Positions 49,561-63,494 of a stretch of DNA of 64,000 nucleotides are shown piece after piece. The notes beneath the pieces are model-generated. The model did not search any database and was not told the DNA's origin. It saw only the letters and a program-made list of their open reading frames with translations. A program made the position numbers and the translations under genes. Every line of letters starts with the position of its first letter. Position 1 is the stretch's first letter. The DNA lies in the NCBI RefSeq assembly GCF_001194135.2, contig NC_068987.1, positions 16,199,421 to 16,263,420 of the forward strand, given 5' to 3'. The DNA is from Octopus bimaculoides. Taxonomy: Eukaryota.

Positions 49561-51422
49561 ATCATCCTACCTGATGTTCTAATGACTACCAATTTGTTGC
49601 TATATATTTTAATTTCATATTCTCTATTATCACTACTGTCCAAACTGTTGGATGTTATACATCACTGGTCACAGTGCCAATTCTTTCTTGATTGCACTTT
49701 TCTTTTCCATTTTGGCCCAAATCATTTAACTAACTCGTCTTCCCATCATCCAAGTAGCATTTTCTGATCTCTTGGATACTATTTGTCTTCTGTACAGGCC
49801 CACCTGTTTCCTGTGAACCCTGCAAAATGTGTGACCCAGCAGAACTCATGCTTTTAGTCTTTTGTGATCACTTCATTCACTCTTTGTTCTTGAATTACTT
49901 CATTTTGAATATGTTCTTGCAATGATATTCCTACCATAGATGTTTCTATTATAATGTACTATAATGGCTCCTTATTTCAAGTACTTGGCCAACCAATAAT
50001 AGATGTGTATGAAAAAGAAATCATTTGTAATAAAAAGTAAACACAAACATGGCTTCAATGTAACACACCCATACACAAACAAACATTTCTTTTTTGTTGA
50101 TACCCACCACCCTTTCTATATTATTGTTACAAGTACTTTTCTCTTGTTTGTTCCGTGTGTATCATATATCTTGTAAGGTTAAAAGCTATCTCTTTCTCTT
50201 GTTCCTTCACTTTCTCTTTCTCTATTTCTTTTCCTTTCTCCTTCATTCTCTTTATTTGTCTCTATCTCTCTCTCTTTTTATTTGTCATTCTTTTCTCACT
50301 CTGCTTCCTTTTCTTCTATGTTTCCCCTTTCTCTCCTCTTTCTCTCTCTGTCTTTCTCTCTCTCTCTCACTAAATATTTCACACCAACATAGTCCTCTCT
50401 CTCTTCCTGTTTATAGTTGTACCAACATATTAACAAAAAGAAACATTGAAACATAGTAAAATGATGAATAATTGGGTTTATTGCAGCTGTGTGTCTTGGA
50501 TAAATATTTCAACTTCCTCATTATTCCTATTAAACTGTATATTAGTGGTCAGACAGATTCTTTAAAATAATTAATTTTATTTCAAAAGGCTCAAGTATAT
50601 TTTTCTTCATCTTTTTGTTATGTAAAAGAGAGAATACAGTTTGATGGAATAAAATTCCAGTATATTACTAGTACTTATTCAATGCCTTTTTTTCTTTTTT
50701 ATTGGTTTTAATTGCTGGACTGAGGCTGATCTGGGTCATCACCTTCAAAGGTTTTAGTCATTTATATTGATACTGAATCTGTGCAGGTAATGAATCTGGA
50801 ATGAGTGTCAAGCTCATTTCATCAATCTCTGTTTATTGAGCGATTAAGTCCACTGAAGCTATGTCATTTCAGAGAGTTAGCTTTGGACTGCCAATTTACA
50901 TAGGCAAATAGATTTTACTCTGTAGTACTGTTACTACTTACTTCTCACTCAGAGATTTAAAACTGATTAAAACTCAAATCATCCAACCCATGCTAGCATG
51001 GAAAGCGGACGTTAAACGATGATGATAACGATAATGGTTTCCTCTATATGAGATCAGTGAATGTGTGTCACTTTAAAAGTATATACCTCAAACAAGGCCT
51101 AGTGCTGCCATCTCTAGCCAACGGTTATCCTGTGGTGATGAAGAGAAATAACCCAGAAACCATGGTTCATAGGTACTGTTTAAAGCTGAGTGAGGACATT
51201 AGCTCCCTTGTTCGAATTATAAGGATGCAGTTGTGTGTTAGTAGCCAGCTGGAAAGAATGTTTTCCTGGGGCTAAAAAAAGGTAGTAACATCATCCTAAT
51301 CAGGACTGCCAACTTACGTTGGCACATAGATTTTACTCTAATATATATATGCACACACACACACACACACGCATATTTGTAAGTAATTGATGATAGCTCA
51401 CCAATAAATAAATCTAATTACA

Positions 51423-51840
51423 TACTCTTTTACTCTTTTTACTCTTTTACTTGTTTCAGTCATTTGACTGTGGCCATGCTGGAGCACCGCCTTTAGTCGA
51501 GCGAATCAACCCCAGGACTTATTCTTTGGATGCCTAGTACTTATTCTATCGGTCTCTCTTGCCGAACCGCTAAGTTACGGGGACATAAACACACCAGCAT
51601 CGGTTGTCAAGCAATGGTGGGGGGACAAACACAGACACACAAACACACATACAAATATATATATATATACATATATACGACGGGCTTCTTTCAGTTTCCG
51701 TCTACCAAATCCACTCACAAGGCTTTGGTCGGCCCGAGGCTATAGTAGAAGACACTTGCCCAAAGTGCCACGCAGTGGGACTGAACCCGGAACCATGTGG
51801 TTGGTAAGCAAGCTACTTACCACACAGCCACTCCTGCGCC
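51423..51840 (-). mobile_element. SINE family A, intact young copy with (GTAAAAGA)n tail
   Basis: CpG-rich and complete from head ggcgcaggagtggctgtgtgg to (actctttt)x3. Used here as the family reference. Confidence 0.92.
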
Positions 51841-53789
51841 TATGTGAACTATTTATCGTTAAGATGGTTTCTTGTTGACTGTACTCAACATCAGGCACAC
51901 CCTCTCAGCTTATTGAGATTTGTTTATAGCAGCAGTAAGCTTTTCTAGGCACCTTGTTAATTTTAAGGTCTCCTTCGCAGCAACCACTATGGATTGTAAC
52001 CTATAACATGCATTTGGGGGTTAGGTATTTCGATCTGTTGGACCTCGCTGGGTCCTCATTGGGCTCTCATTGGTTTGTTACTGATGACTTTGTGTTGTCT
52101 TCATTTTACTAGCCATAGCAGGTTACCATTGCGGAGCTATGATAAGGAATTTGTGAGAATTTAAGCACAGAACTTGGTAATTAAGAAAATATACTTGTCA
52201 GTTATTTTCATTTTCATTTGACATTTACTGCAATAAATTTTTGTTAAAAATGGAGCCTTTATGTGGTTGCTCACTTTGCTAGAAATAACCAAATTTTCCT
52301 ACATTATTCTTTAATGTCTAACGATATTTAAGGTTACAGTGTATATTGGACAAGTAAATACATATTTACTGAAGTAAAAGAAACAAAAAAAAAAATAGGG
52401 ATTGGTGTGGCTGAAATATTTTTAATCATATGTCTGCTCTATCAAGGATGACCTATGGCTAAACAATAACAACAAATTTTTTAGATGCTTTGGGCTGTTT
52501 ATTAAAGGTGACTAGTTCTTTTTTTTTTATGCATACAAAATACTATTATTAATTCTATTGATGGTTGTCAGTTATAATAGTAATTTATGCTTCAAATATT
52601 ATACCCTCTTGGAAAATATTTCTGTCTGTCTTCTATACATTGTCTGTTCTAGAGCCAGTGGTGTTTGGTATACTTTCATCATCATTTAATGTCTGTTTTC
52701 CGTGCTGGCATGGGTTGGATGGGTTGACAGGATCTGATGAGCTCCAATGCCAGTATTGTCTGAGACCATCCCTGGTCTTATAATAAAAATTTCCTTTTTA
52801 AAAAAAAAATCAGCATTAAGACCTTCCATCAAAATATCATGTTAATTTATATTCCAAACATTAGCTTAATAACGGCAAAGTTATTTTGCTAAATTCTTCA
52901 TTATTTTTAAAATATATTTTGACAGAAATATGGCAATGAAAGTGTTAAATGGTATATTTCGTTTTCTTTCTTTGTCTTGGCAACCTCACTAGTACTAGCA
53001 GGACAAAAAGTGCACCCAGTATAGACAGTATAGTGGGATTTGAGAGAATTTGGCTGCTGCTTCTAGCAAGTCAGGCACCCATGTAGAGGCTCCCTCTTTG
53101 ACTCAATCAATGTTTATGTAGCTGAATTGTGTAAATGTTTTTTTTTTTTTAATAATTATTCCTTTAGATTTTTCACCCCATCTGGTAATAATTTTCTCTT
53201 GTCTTGCATAGTTTTCCCTGCTCTCCCCTTTGTTTTTGCCTTGATCATTCAAAATTTATGGACATCTGTTATGATTTTCAACAATGTTTTAAATAGTGTT
53301 CCGATATCCATCTTTATTTCCACCATTTTTCCCTTTCATACCACCCTCATGTCTGTCATTTGCTGAAGACCTACCCCCCCTCCTTTGTTATTCATTATGT
53401 TTTTTGCTTTTTTGTATAACCACACCTCTTGCTGTTATTGTTGTCACTCCTTCCATCCATCCATCCATATGTAAGTTATTTCAGTTCTGTCCTTCCATCA
53501 GATTGCATTCATTTATATAACGTTTGTTGTTGTCGCAATGGGACAAAAATTTTTTCTTATCAGCTGACAGATGGCATACTTCGCATTTTTGTTCCTGAAG
53601 AAATAATTTTCCTCTGTTTCAAAAACTGTCTATTAATCAAAAAATATTTTCACTCACCACTACCGCCACCTTTGCCCCCCCCCCCCAACTATTCATTCTG
53701 TTTGATATTACAATTCAGAAGATTACCTCTGGTAGTATCTAATTGAGAAACGCTGATCTTGAGCTGTAATTACCAAGTGTTTATTGTCT

Positions 53790-54130
53790 CTTTTTCATCT
53801 TTGGTCCTTTGAGCCACTTAAGGCCCTGTTGTTTATCTCAATCTGGTTTTTAATTTTGCTTTTATGGGAATTGCCTTGGAAATTGGTTCAGTTTCTATGT
53901 TGTGTTTTATTTTTTTTTGTTCTTGATTCTCTATGTTTTCATATCTGTTTTTCAATTCCTGAACTGCTTTTCTGGTATTTGTCCTTCTGCAGTGCATGCA
54001 TGTTTAATGCTGAATATGTTTGTAGTTTTAGAAGAATTTGTGAGTGGAGAACCAGTTTCTGCAAAATGTTCCCATGCTTCTTTTCTACTTTCAGTGGTAG
54101 AACCTTTTGTTTTTGTTGTGTTTTGTAACT
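53790..54130 (-). pseudogene. Possible decayed LINE ORF2 fragment (pre-RT region)
   Basis: Minus strand reads RKEAWEHFAETGSPLTNSSK..., then after frameshifts EPI...LKTRLR*TTGP, loosely like the xKAPGPD pre-RT motif. Confidence 0.25.
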
Positions 54131-54861
54131 TCTTGTAGGAGAGCAACCTGTTGGGTGGTTCATTGTGTTCTTGGGCAAGACACTCCATTTCACATTACTC
54201 TATTCCACTCGGGGTTGTTGTAATCAACTTACCCTCCTCTCTCAAATTTGCTGGCCTTGTACCAAAATTTGAAATCATTATTTTTATTGAGTGGGAGAAG
54301 AGCACATGCCATCAAAGTGATGCTGGGGTACATACATATGAAGCCCAATATACTCATCATGACTACCTGTCTGATAAGGGTAGTCCAGGCACATGCATCA
54401 CAACCAAATGTACATGACATGGTGATCTCATATCAAGATAAACAGCACATGACCTTGCAGATGGGGCCCTGTTAGAATTTTCTTCAGGTTGAGTAGCCCA
54501 TCTTGCTCAAAATGTCTCGGAATAAGGGTTGTTTAAGGGTTATGAATGAAACACCCATGTTTCCAGAGGTGAATTATTATTCAAACCCAAAGGAATTCCT
54601 CTCATCATATGGCTATGATGCTCCCCCACTACTTCTGCATGTCATCAGAGATGCACATATTGTCAGCCACCAAGGGACATGCTTAACTGGTTAAGGTCAA
54701 GCAACTGACAAGCAGATCTGTAGTAATGAGCAGAACGTTTGCTTTAGCCCATCTTTTACTCCAAGACGAAACATGTACATAACACTTCTAATCAGTTAAG
54801 ATCAAAAACCATGAGAGCCAGTGCCTGGAACTGCATCGGGGCAAAGTACTGCACCATTACA

Positions 54862-54892
<31 letters not shown>

Positions 54893-55463
54893 GTTTTATT
54901 TTTACTAAAATTTTTTGAGGTGAAACAATGCATCTGTTTCATAAATATATATTTACATGTATGTTATCTAAATATCTCGTATAGAAACACATTTTACTTA
55001 TCTTTTTTTGACTTTTTACTATATTTTTGGAGAGGCTTTTAATTATAACCACAAGGTAGACATTATCTCTACTCCCCCTCTCTCTCCTTTCCCTCAACCC
55101 CACACATACATATAATTCTATCAAAGCATATTTTCTAGGTATGCGAGGTGAGTGCCACACACCCTCAGAATACGGTAAATTTTCTTTATAATAATTCCAT
55201 TCTTGTAGTGCCGTGATATAATCTGGTCATAATTTCTTAGCAAGTCTAATAATACACTCTGTGAAACACAGATTAAACCAGGTTGAAGCCATCTTATGTA
55301 TGGAAATAGCTTTAAAGATTGTATGTTTATACTTATTTCCTTAATAGTAGGTTAACAGGGAAGCAAACACCATGACAACAACCACCATCCTTCACTGATT
55401 TTCATAAGCTGAATATATTTTCCATTTGAGGAAACTATATATATATATATATATATAATAACG

Positions 55464-55640
55464 AGAGGTGTGGCTGTGTGTGGAAAGATGTAAGAAGTTT
55501 ACTTCCTAACCACATGGTACTGGTTTCAATCCCACTGTGTGACCCTTTGGGCAAGCATATTCTGCTATACCACTGGGTTGATTGCAGACTTGTGAGTGGA
55601 TTTGGCAGTCAAAGACTGAAAGAAGCCTGTCATATATATA
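55464..55640 (+). mobile_element. SINE family A, 5' half
   Basis: cctaaccacatggtactggtttcaatcccactg...gtgagtggatttggcagtcaaagactgaaagaagcc. Confidence 0.75.
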
Positions 55641-55654
55641 TTTTTATTTTTTAT

Positions 55655-55957
55655 TATGCACCCTTTTAAAGCCTAGCCAGGCTCATGGGCCTGGTTTCTT
55701 GGTTTCTAAGGCGTATGTGTTCCCCCCAGCTGGACAGGACGCCAGTCCATCGTAGCGTTACTCAAGAAACAGGCAGAAAGAGTGAGAGAAAGTTGGGGCA
55801 AAAGAGTACAACAGGGGTTGCCACCACCCCCTGCCGGAGCCTTGTGGAGCTTTAGGTGTTTTTGCTCAATAAACACACAACGCCCAGTCTGGGAATCGAA
55901 ACCACGATCCTCAGACCGTGAGTCTGCTGCCCTAACCACTGGGCCATGGCGCCTCCA
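55655..55957 (-). mobile_element. SINE family C with an alternative 3' tail
   Basis: 55770-55957 matches 32000-32184; 55655-55765 is unrelated to 31877-31990. Confidence 0.85.
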
Positions 55958-56914
55958 TGTCATATATATATAACAAAAATTTAACAAAAACTCAACAAAT
56001 GGAAAGTTTTACAAAAACATAGCAAAAAGAAAATTTGTAGCTAATTCCTCAATGGTCAACGTCCAAAAGATAATTACAATTTCGCACCTTTAATGTTGAT
56101 ATTGTTTATTTTGGGTGGTACCAGTAGTGAAAAGCTACTGGGAAATAGCTAACAAATGTACAGGACAATGACGAAGACGTGTGTTTGTGTGTGTCCTTGA
56201 CATGATGTGATGGTTCTAAATGATCATCACCATCATATAATGTCATTTGTTCTCAGTCTAGCCTTGGGGTACTATTACCTTACTTGGAAATGAGTGAATT
56301 TTGGTGATAGGAAGGGTATCCAGCTGTATAAAATCTGCTTCATTGAAATCTGTTTGACTTATGCAAGTACAGAAAAGTTGATGTTACAATGACGTTGAAA
56401 GGCAATATATGTCAAGCAGAAATTTGGTTTATAAAAGGATTAAAGGAATTTGGTTGTCATTTCTTGCAAATTGAGCATTGACTCATGCTGAAATGATTTT
56501 ACCCAAATAGAGGCATCAACTGAATTTCATAGTAAAACTATTTCATATTTTCATGTATAGATTTTATAGTACATCTGTTTTAAGTTGTTTTCTATTATAG
56601 TCATTTTTCACATTATTTCTGTCTCTTATGACACTATTCTTACTTCATATCTTCAGAGCAGAGTTTCCATGCACTTTTATTTTGTGTATTTTTAATATTG
56701 GTAGTATTATTTCACAATTTTCTTGTCACATTTTAGCCTTCCTATTTTAAAATATGTTCAACATAAGTGTGATATGAAACAATTTTCTTTGTTTTTAATT
56801 TCTTCTTTTCCATTGCTGTAATATGATATTTCAATGCATAGCTTCATCTGAAATATATTTTCAGATATATAACAGATCTTTCTTTAAAGATTTAATTTAC
56901 ATATATAAATAATC

Positions 56915-57062
56915 AGCAGTCTGGCAAAAGAGTCTGATAGAATAAGTACCAGGGGTAAAAAAAAAAAAAAATAAATAAAGCAAGGTGGATTTGTTCAGTT
57001 AAACCCTTCAAGGCAGTGCTCCAGTATGGCCACAGTCCAATGACTTGAACGAGTAAAAGAAA
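56915..57062 (+). mobile_element. SINE family A, 3' end
   Basis: ggcaaaagagtctgatagaataagtacc...ccttcaaggcagtgctccagtatggccacagtccaatgac...gagtaaaaga. Confidence 0.75.
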
Positions 57063-57345
57063 TATGTAACTGTGAACTCTAGTACCAGCAGATTCATGTT
57101 CCCAGCCATGACCAGCCCATTTATTTTCAGATACATATCCAAGACTGCATTATGATGTGTCCTTTTAATTTTTAAAATGGTAAAATGTAGTTTGAGGTGA
57201 TCTTAGCTATTTCTTGTAAGTAACATTGGTCATGTGGAGACACCCCCGACCTCTTGTTAGTACATAATAATGAGGTTGTTTAACCCTAAGTCAACCCTGA
57301 TTGAGCAGATCTGTGATTCAGGGCATTACAGTCAGGATAAAATAT

Positions 57346-57557
57346 TGGTTTCATATTTTGGCACAAGGCCAGCAATTTTGGGGGAGCGGGTAAGTCAGTT
57401 AGATCAACCCCTATGATCAACTGGTACTTATTTTATTGCCCCTGAAAAGATGAAAGACCAAGTCGACCTTGGTGGAATTTGAACTCAGAACTTAAATACA
57501 GATGAAATGCTGGTAAGCATTTTGCTGGCATGTTGACAATTCTGCCAGTTCTCTACC
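57346..57557 (-). mobile_element. Repeat family D
   Basis: ggtttcatattttggcacaaggccagcaatttt...gtcgaccttggtggaatttgaactcagaac...aattctgccag. Confidence 0.85.
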
Positions 57558-58471
57558 CACCAGGATCAAATATTAGCTTAAGTTTCCTGCCTTTGTTTTG
57601 AGACAGTAAAGTGTGATTGAAGGAAGACTTGGCTACTATTTCATGCAAGTCAAATGATCATGTAGGGGCTCTGACATCAATTTGTACTGATAGTGTTGAT
57701 GCTGGGAAACCCTTGGGGTAATAGCTATGATGATGATAACAACAGTGGTGATGTTGATGATAGAATGATAAAGATGATGATAGAGGTGACAGTGGTGAAG
57801 ATTTGAGTGTGGTGATGGTGGTGTCAGTAGTGATGACGGTTGTGACAATTGATGATGACGGCGGTGGTGACAGTGACAGTTGCACCGTCAATTTCCAATA
57901 CTCTTATTTCATTTTTTTTCTTATGTTTCCTTTTTATTCCAAACAACACTCTGATGTCCAACAATGCAAAATTGACAGCAACAATTATAAAATACCACCA
58001 CCACCACAACAACAACAACAGCTGTATCAACAATTAGGTCAACACTAACAAAAACAACATCACCACCATGAACTACAATAGAAAATTTCCCAGACTTAAT
58101 AAACCATTGTCTACTGTTCATATATTAACAGACGCTGTGCTATTTTCTCAAGTCTGATCCATTGATGAGGTCTTGGGAATTTGGATTTTTGTTTCTGAAT
58201 CAAATTTTTTTTTCTTTAATGCCAAAGCTATTCATTCCTTCATCTTCATTATCCAGCTCTTATACTTGTGCTGTTTCCCCTCCTCCACCTGTTGTGGCTG
58301 AGTACCCCTCACACAATCACTGCCCTTACCACCCTACCTTGTTTATCTGGAATGTTAGGTTCGTAGCCTCTGGTGGGTGTGATGGTTGAATTTCTTACTG
58401 AAAACCGGTCTGAAAGGTTTTATGACTAGACTGACATACAATTGGATATAAATACTGGTGTATATATATAC

Positions 58472-58540
<69 letters not shown>

Positions 58541-58657
58541 TGCACACACACACACACACACACACATGTATGTAGACTCAGACATACATATATACATTCA
58601 TACATATACACATACGTATATAGATTCACATACATAGGCTGAGAAACGCACATACTT

Positions 58658-58689
<32 letters not shown>

Positions 58690-59578
58690 ACAAACACACA
58701 CGCAGATACTGATAAAAAAAATACATGCATACATAACCATATATACATATATAGACAAATAGTAATAAGCACACCTGCACATACACACATTTACACACAC
58801 ACACACACACACATATATAGACAAACATCCACGCACTGACATGAGTGAATACTGATGTACGCACCCCTGTAGGCGAATGCTGACAAACACCTTAAACAGC
58901 TCGCCTATGAATACAGGTAAACATATACAAATGACCATCACAAGCAGTAGATGTGCACATGCACGCACATACCTTGACATATTTTCATGCACACACACAT
59001 ACACACACACACACACACCTCTCCATGTGCACAAATGCATACACAGATGCTTGTGGGCACAAAAGCACACGCATGAAGGTAAATATTTTTACACACCCAC
59101 ACACGCAAAATAGGTGCACACTACACCTGAGAGAACCCGCCTACATCCACCTTCCCTTCCTGCTGAAATAAATAAACATATGTAATAATAGGTGAGGAGT
59201 GGATTTTATGATATAGNNNNNNNNNNNNNNNNNNNNNNNNNNNNNNNNNNNNNNNNNNNNNNNNNNNNNNNNNNNNNNNNNNNNNNNNNNNNNNNNNNNN
59301 NNNNNNNNNNNNNNNNNNNNNNNNNNNNNNNNNNNNNNNNNNNNNNNNNNNNNNNNNNNNNNNNNNNNNNNNNNNNNNNNNNNNNNNNNNNNNNNNNNNN
59401 NNNNNNNNNNNNNNNNNNNNNNNNNNNNNNNNNNNNNNNNNNNNNNNNNNNNNNNNNNNNNNNNNNNNNNNNNNNNNNNNNNNNNNNNNNNNNNNNNNNN
59501 NNNNNNNNNNNNNNNNNNNNNNNNNNNNNNNNNNNNNNNNNNNNNNNNNNNNNNNNNNNNNNNNNNNNNNNNNNNNNN

Positions 59579-59633
<55 letters not shown>

Positions 59634-59779
59634 CTGTGTATATGTCTCTATGTATATTTGCAGGAATGTTTCGGGTGTGTGTGTATGTATGTGAGTGACA
59701 AAATGAATTGGATAAGAAATGTTTTTTAAAGAGAATCTAAGTAAAAGAAAAACAAAAAAAAAATCCAAAAAATCTCTCC

Positions 59780-60590
59780 CCCTCCATCACCTCTACCACC
59801 TGTACATACCACCACATCTACCTGCCTCCATCACCATCACTACAATCACTACATACTAAGCACCACCACACCATTAAATCTGCCACCACCTTCATCTCTA
59901 CATCTGTCACCATCTCTACTACGATCTTGACCACCACCATCACCATTAAATCCACCACCACCACCACCACTTCATCTATCACCATCTCTACTACCATCTT
60001 GACCTCTGCCATGACCACAACACCATTACGTCTGCTATCACCATCACCACCATCTGTCACCCTCTCTACTTCCATTTTGACCATCTCAGCTGTCTTGACC
60101 AGCATAACACCACCACCACCACAACCACCACCACACACCACTTCTACAATCATCTTGACCACAACACCACCATCTTGACCACAACACCACCATAATCTCT
60201 GAGCACATCTACCTACAAGACATCACAATCATTATCACTACAGCCAGAACCAGTAAACCTCTACCTCACCACCACCACCACCACCACCACCACCACCACT
60301 AGAGATACCACTGATACTTTCATCACCATTACCACCACAACTACAACCAATACACATTTGCTCACTACCACCATGATGAGCACCAGTGCACCTCTCCCAT
60401 CACTGCCATCATCAGTATCACTACCATACCACTATAGCTACCACCACCACTACTACTACTACTACCTCTGGCTCACCATCTTGTCACTGCAACCACCAAT
60501 ACTACCAACATCACTACTACCATAGCTACCACTCTCATTACTACTACCTGTACACTTCCACCGTCGCTGCCATCCCGTCTACCAGCAGTA
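59780..60590. repeat. Long (ACC/ATC/ACT)n low-complexity tract
   Basis: Degenerate caccac/catcac/tactac triplet runs; stops occur in the frames. Confidence 0.85.
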
Positions 60591-61183
60591 AAGAGGAGCC
60601 AGTAAGGGAACCTTTATATTGTTGGGCAGTTTGCTAGAAATAGCAGCCATACTTTACTACCTTAGAAAATGGATATGCTGTTTAATGTTTTGAGGCGTGC
60701 ACAATAAAAGTGCACATTAAAAAATGAAAAGAAAAAAAAAGACAGGATGATCATGGTCGGAATGTCTTTGATCATCGGTCTGCTTAATGAAGGCAGATCT
60801 GAGGCCAAATGTCAACCACCACCACCATCACATCTTTGACACTTGTGTTGGTTCACTCCTAATCAGGTTACTGTTTGTCTTTGCTTATTTCTTTCCCAGT
60901 GTGTAGCTTTGTCTTTCATTCATTTCTGATGTACCTGGCATCCTAGTACAGTGGATGGACCGTCAAAAGGTGACTTGCTGTGTAATATGATTCTTTCAAT
61001 CATATTTATTCTTTAGATACGAATCTTTCATTTTTGTAATTGAGTAATTCTTTTGACCTCTTCCCCCACACAAACACTGCCCTAACCTCCATGATTCCAA
61101 ACTGTTGAATTTGTCTGTTTAGGCCAATGACATGATATTACTTGATCTGCTGAAATTATTAACCAAATTTCTTATAAATCACA

Positions 61184-61746
61184 AGAGTTGTGGCTGTGTA
61201 GTAAGAAGCTTGCTTCCCAACCACATGGCTCCAGGTTCAGTCCCGCTGTGTGGCACCTTGGGCAAGTGTCTTCTATAGCTTCGGGCTGACCAAAGCCTTG
61301 AGAGTGGATTTGGTAGACGGAAACTGAAAGAAGCTTGTTTGTTTGTGTGTGTGTGTGTGTGTATGGAGATATATACATGTATATATTCTTTTACTTGTTT
61401 CAGTCATTTGACTGGAGCACCACCTTTTAGTCGAGCATATCGACCCCAGGACTTATTCTTTGTAAGCCTAGTACTTATTCTATTGGTAACTTTTTGCCGA
61501 ACTGCTGAGTTACAGGGATGTACACACACCAGCATCGCATGCCAAGCAATGTTGGGTGGGGGGGGGACAAACACACACACACACACACATATGCATATAT
61601 ATATGATAGGCTTCTTTCAGTTTCCGTCTACCAAATCCACTCACAAGGCTTTGGTTGGCCTGAGGTTATAGTAGAAAACACTTGCTCCAGGTGCCACGCA
61701 GTGGGACTGAACCCGGAACCATGTCGTTGGTAAGCAAGCTACTTAC

Positions 61747-61778
<32 letters not shown>

Positions 61779-61985
61779 TATGTATCTGTTTGTCCCCACT
61801 GCCATTGCTTGATAACCAATGCTGGTGTGTTTATGTCCCGGTGACTTAGTGGGTTGTCATAAGAAACCAATAGAATAAGTACTAGGCTTGCAAAGAATAA
61901 GTCCTGGGGTCTATTTCTTCAACTAAAACCCTTGAAGGTGGTGCTCCAGCATGGCTGCAGTCAAATGACTGAAATAAGCAAAAGA
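61184..61985 (+). mobile_element. SINE family A (+), split by a nested reverse copy
   Basis: 5' half at 61184-61340 and 3' half at 61783-61985, both on +. Confidence 0.85.
61386..61750 (-). mobile_element. SINE family A (-), near full length, nested in the central microsatellite of the + copy
   Basis: Tail ttcttttacttgtttcagtcatttgac at 61386, head ...agcaagctacttaccacac ending near 61750, (TG)n/(CA)n on both sides. Confidence 0.9.
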
Positions 61986-63341
61986 ATGGAAGAAGACACG
62001 TACATGGAGTTCATTTTTAATCTATTGCGTAGAAAGAAAGGGTGTTGCAGGCTGGATCACTGGTGGTCATAGATTTGCTTAATACAGGAGTGAGTTGGGT
62101 TGAAATACAAGAGCAACAAAAACAACAACAAATATTTAATTTCTTTTTATCATTAGGTGGTGGCTGAAAGGAAATTGTAAAGATTACTTCATACATAAAT
62201 ATATATNNNNNNNNNNNNNNNNNNNNNNNNNNNNNNNNNNNNNNNNNNNNNNNNNNNNNNNNNNNNNNNNNNNNNNNNNNNNNNNNNNNNNNNNNNNNNN
62301 NNNNNNNNNNNNNNNNNNNNNNNNNNNNNNNNNNNNNNNNNNNNNNNNNNNNNNNNNNNNNNNNNNNNNNNNNNNNNNNNNNNNNNNNNNNNNNNNNNNN
62401 NNNNNNNNNNNNNNNNNNNNNNNNNNNNNNNNNNNNNNNNNNNNNNNNNNNNNNNNNNNNNNNNNNNNNNNNNNNNNNNNNNNNNNNNNNNNNNNNNNNN
62501 NNNNNNNNNNNNNNNNNNNNNNNNNNNNNNNNNNNNNNNNNNNNNNNNNNNNNNNNNNNNNNNNNNNNNNNNNNNNNNNNNNNNNNNNNNNNNNNNNNNN
62601 NNNNNNNNNNNNNNNNNNNNNNNNNNNNNNNNNNNNNNNNNNNNNNNNNNNNNNNNNNNNNNNNNNNNNNNNNNNNNNNNNNNNNNNNNNNNNNNNNNNN
62701 NNNNNNNNNNNNNNNNNNNNNNNNNNNNNNNNNNNNNNNNNNNNNNNNNNNNNNNNNNNNNNNNNNNNNNNNNNNNNNNNNNNNNNNNNNNNNNNNNNNN
62801 NNNNNNNNNNNNNNNNNNNNNNNNNNNNNNNNNNNNNNNNNNNNNNNNNNNNNNNNNNNNNNNNNNNNNNNNNNNNNNNNNNNNNNNNNNNNNNNNNNNN
62901 NNNNNNNNNNNNNNNNNNNNNNNNNNNNNNNNNNNNNNNNNNNNNNNNNNNNNNNNNNNNNNNNNNNNNNNNNNNNNNNNNNNNNNNNNNNNNNNNNNNN
63001 NNNNNNNNNNNNNNNNNNNNNNNNNNNNNNNNNNNNNNNNNNNNNNNNTGCATCCTTATTTTTCCAACCATTATCTACATGAACTACCATTGAACTTCAA
63101 AAGCTCAAAGACAATATAATGTATTGGTATATTTATTTTTTTATATATTATTTACTTCATTTTGTACTTCTTTGTAAAAAACATTTTCATTCTCCCTCTT
63201 CTTGAAAATTTGCTATGCAATGAAAACCGGTTAGAAATCTTTATTAAAATATGCTTCCAGTTTAGCATTCTGCCTTATTCTTCATTTTCCTATTATTTCT
63301 CCACGTGCGGTTAACACAACCCCACTATTTACTGATCTATA

Positions 63342-63382
<41 letters not shown>

Positions 63383-63461
63383 ACAGACATATATAGATAT
63401 ACACACGCACATCCACATGTGCACGCACACATTCACTACAGAATAGTTGCTGTAGTCCATC

Positions 63462-63494
<33 letters not shown>

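Noticed and set aside
54070-54100. RKEAWEHF as a BED zinc-finger / hAT transposase start
   Set aside because: The paired Cys and His ligands of a BED finger do not follow; a LINE relic fits slightly better, and both are weak.
54298-54845. About 550-bp segment that looks like a known octopus interspersed repeat
   Set aside because: Single copy in this window with no TIR, TSD or tail visible, so it cannot be supported from the sequence alone.
59818-60637. Thr/His/Val-rich ORFs resembling mucins
   Set aside because: Products of degenerate (ACC/ATC)n microsatellite with no splice-supported structure.
60951-60968. 18-nt phase-2 symmetric micro-exon candidate (tggatggaccgtcaaaag|gtgact)
   Set aside because: Tandem AGs without an adjacent pyrimidine tract and no KANK-like residues; insufficient evidence.
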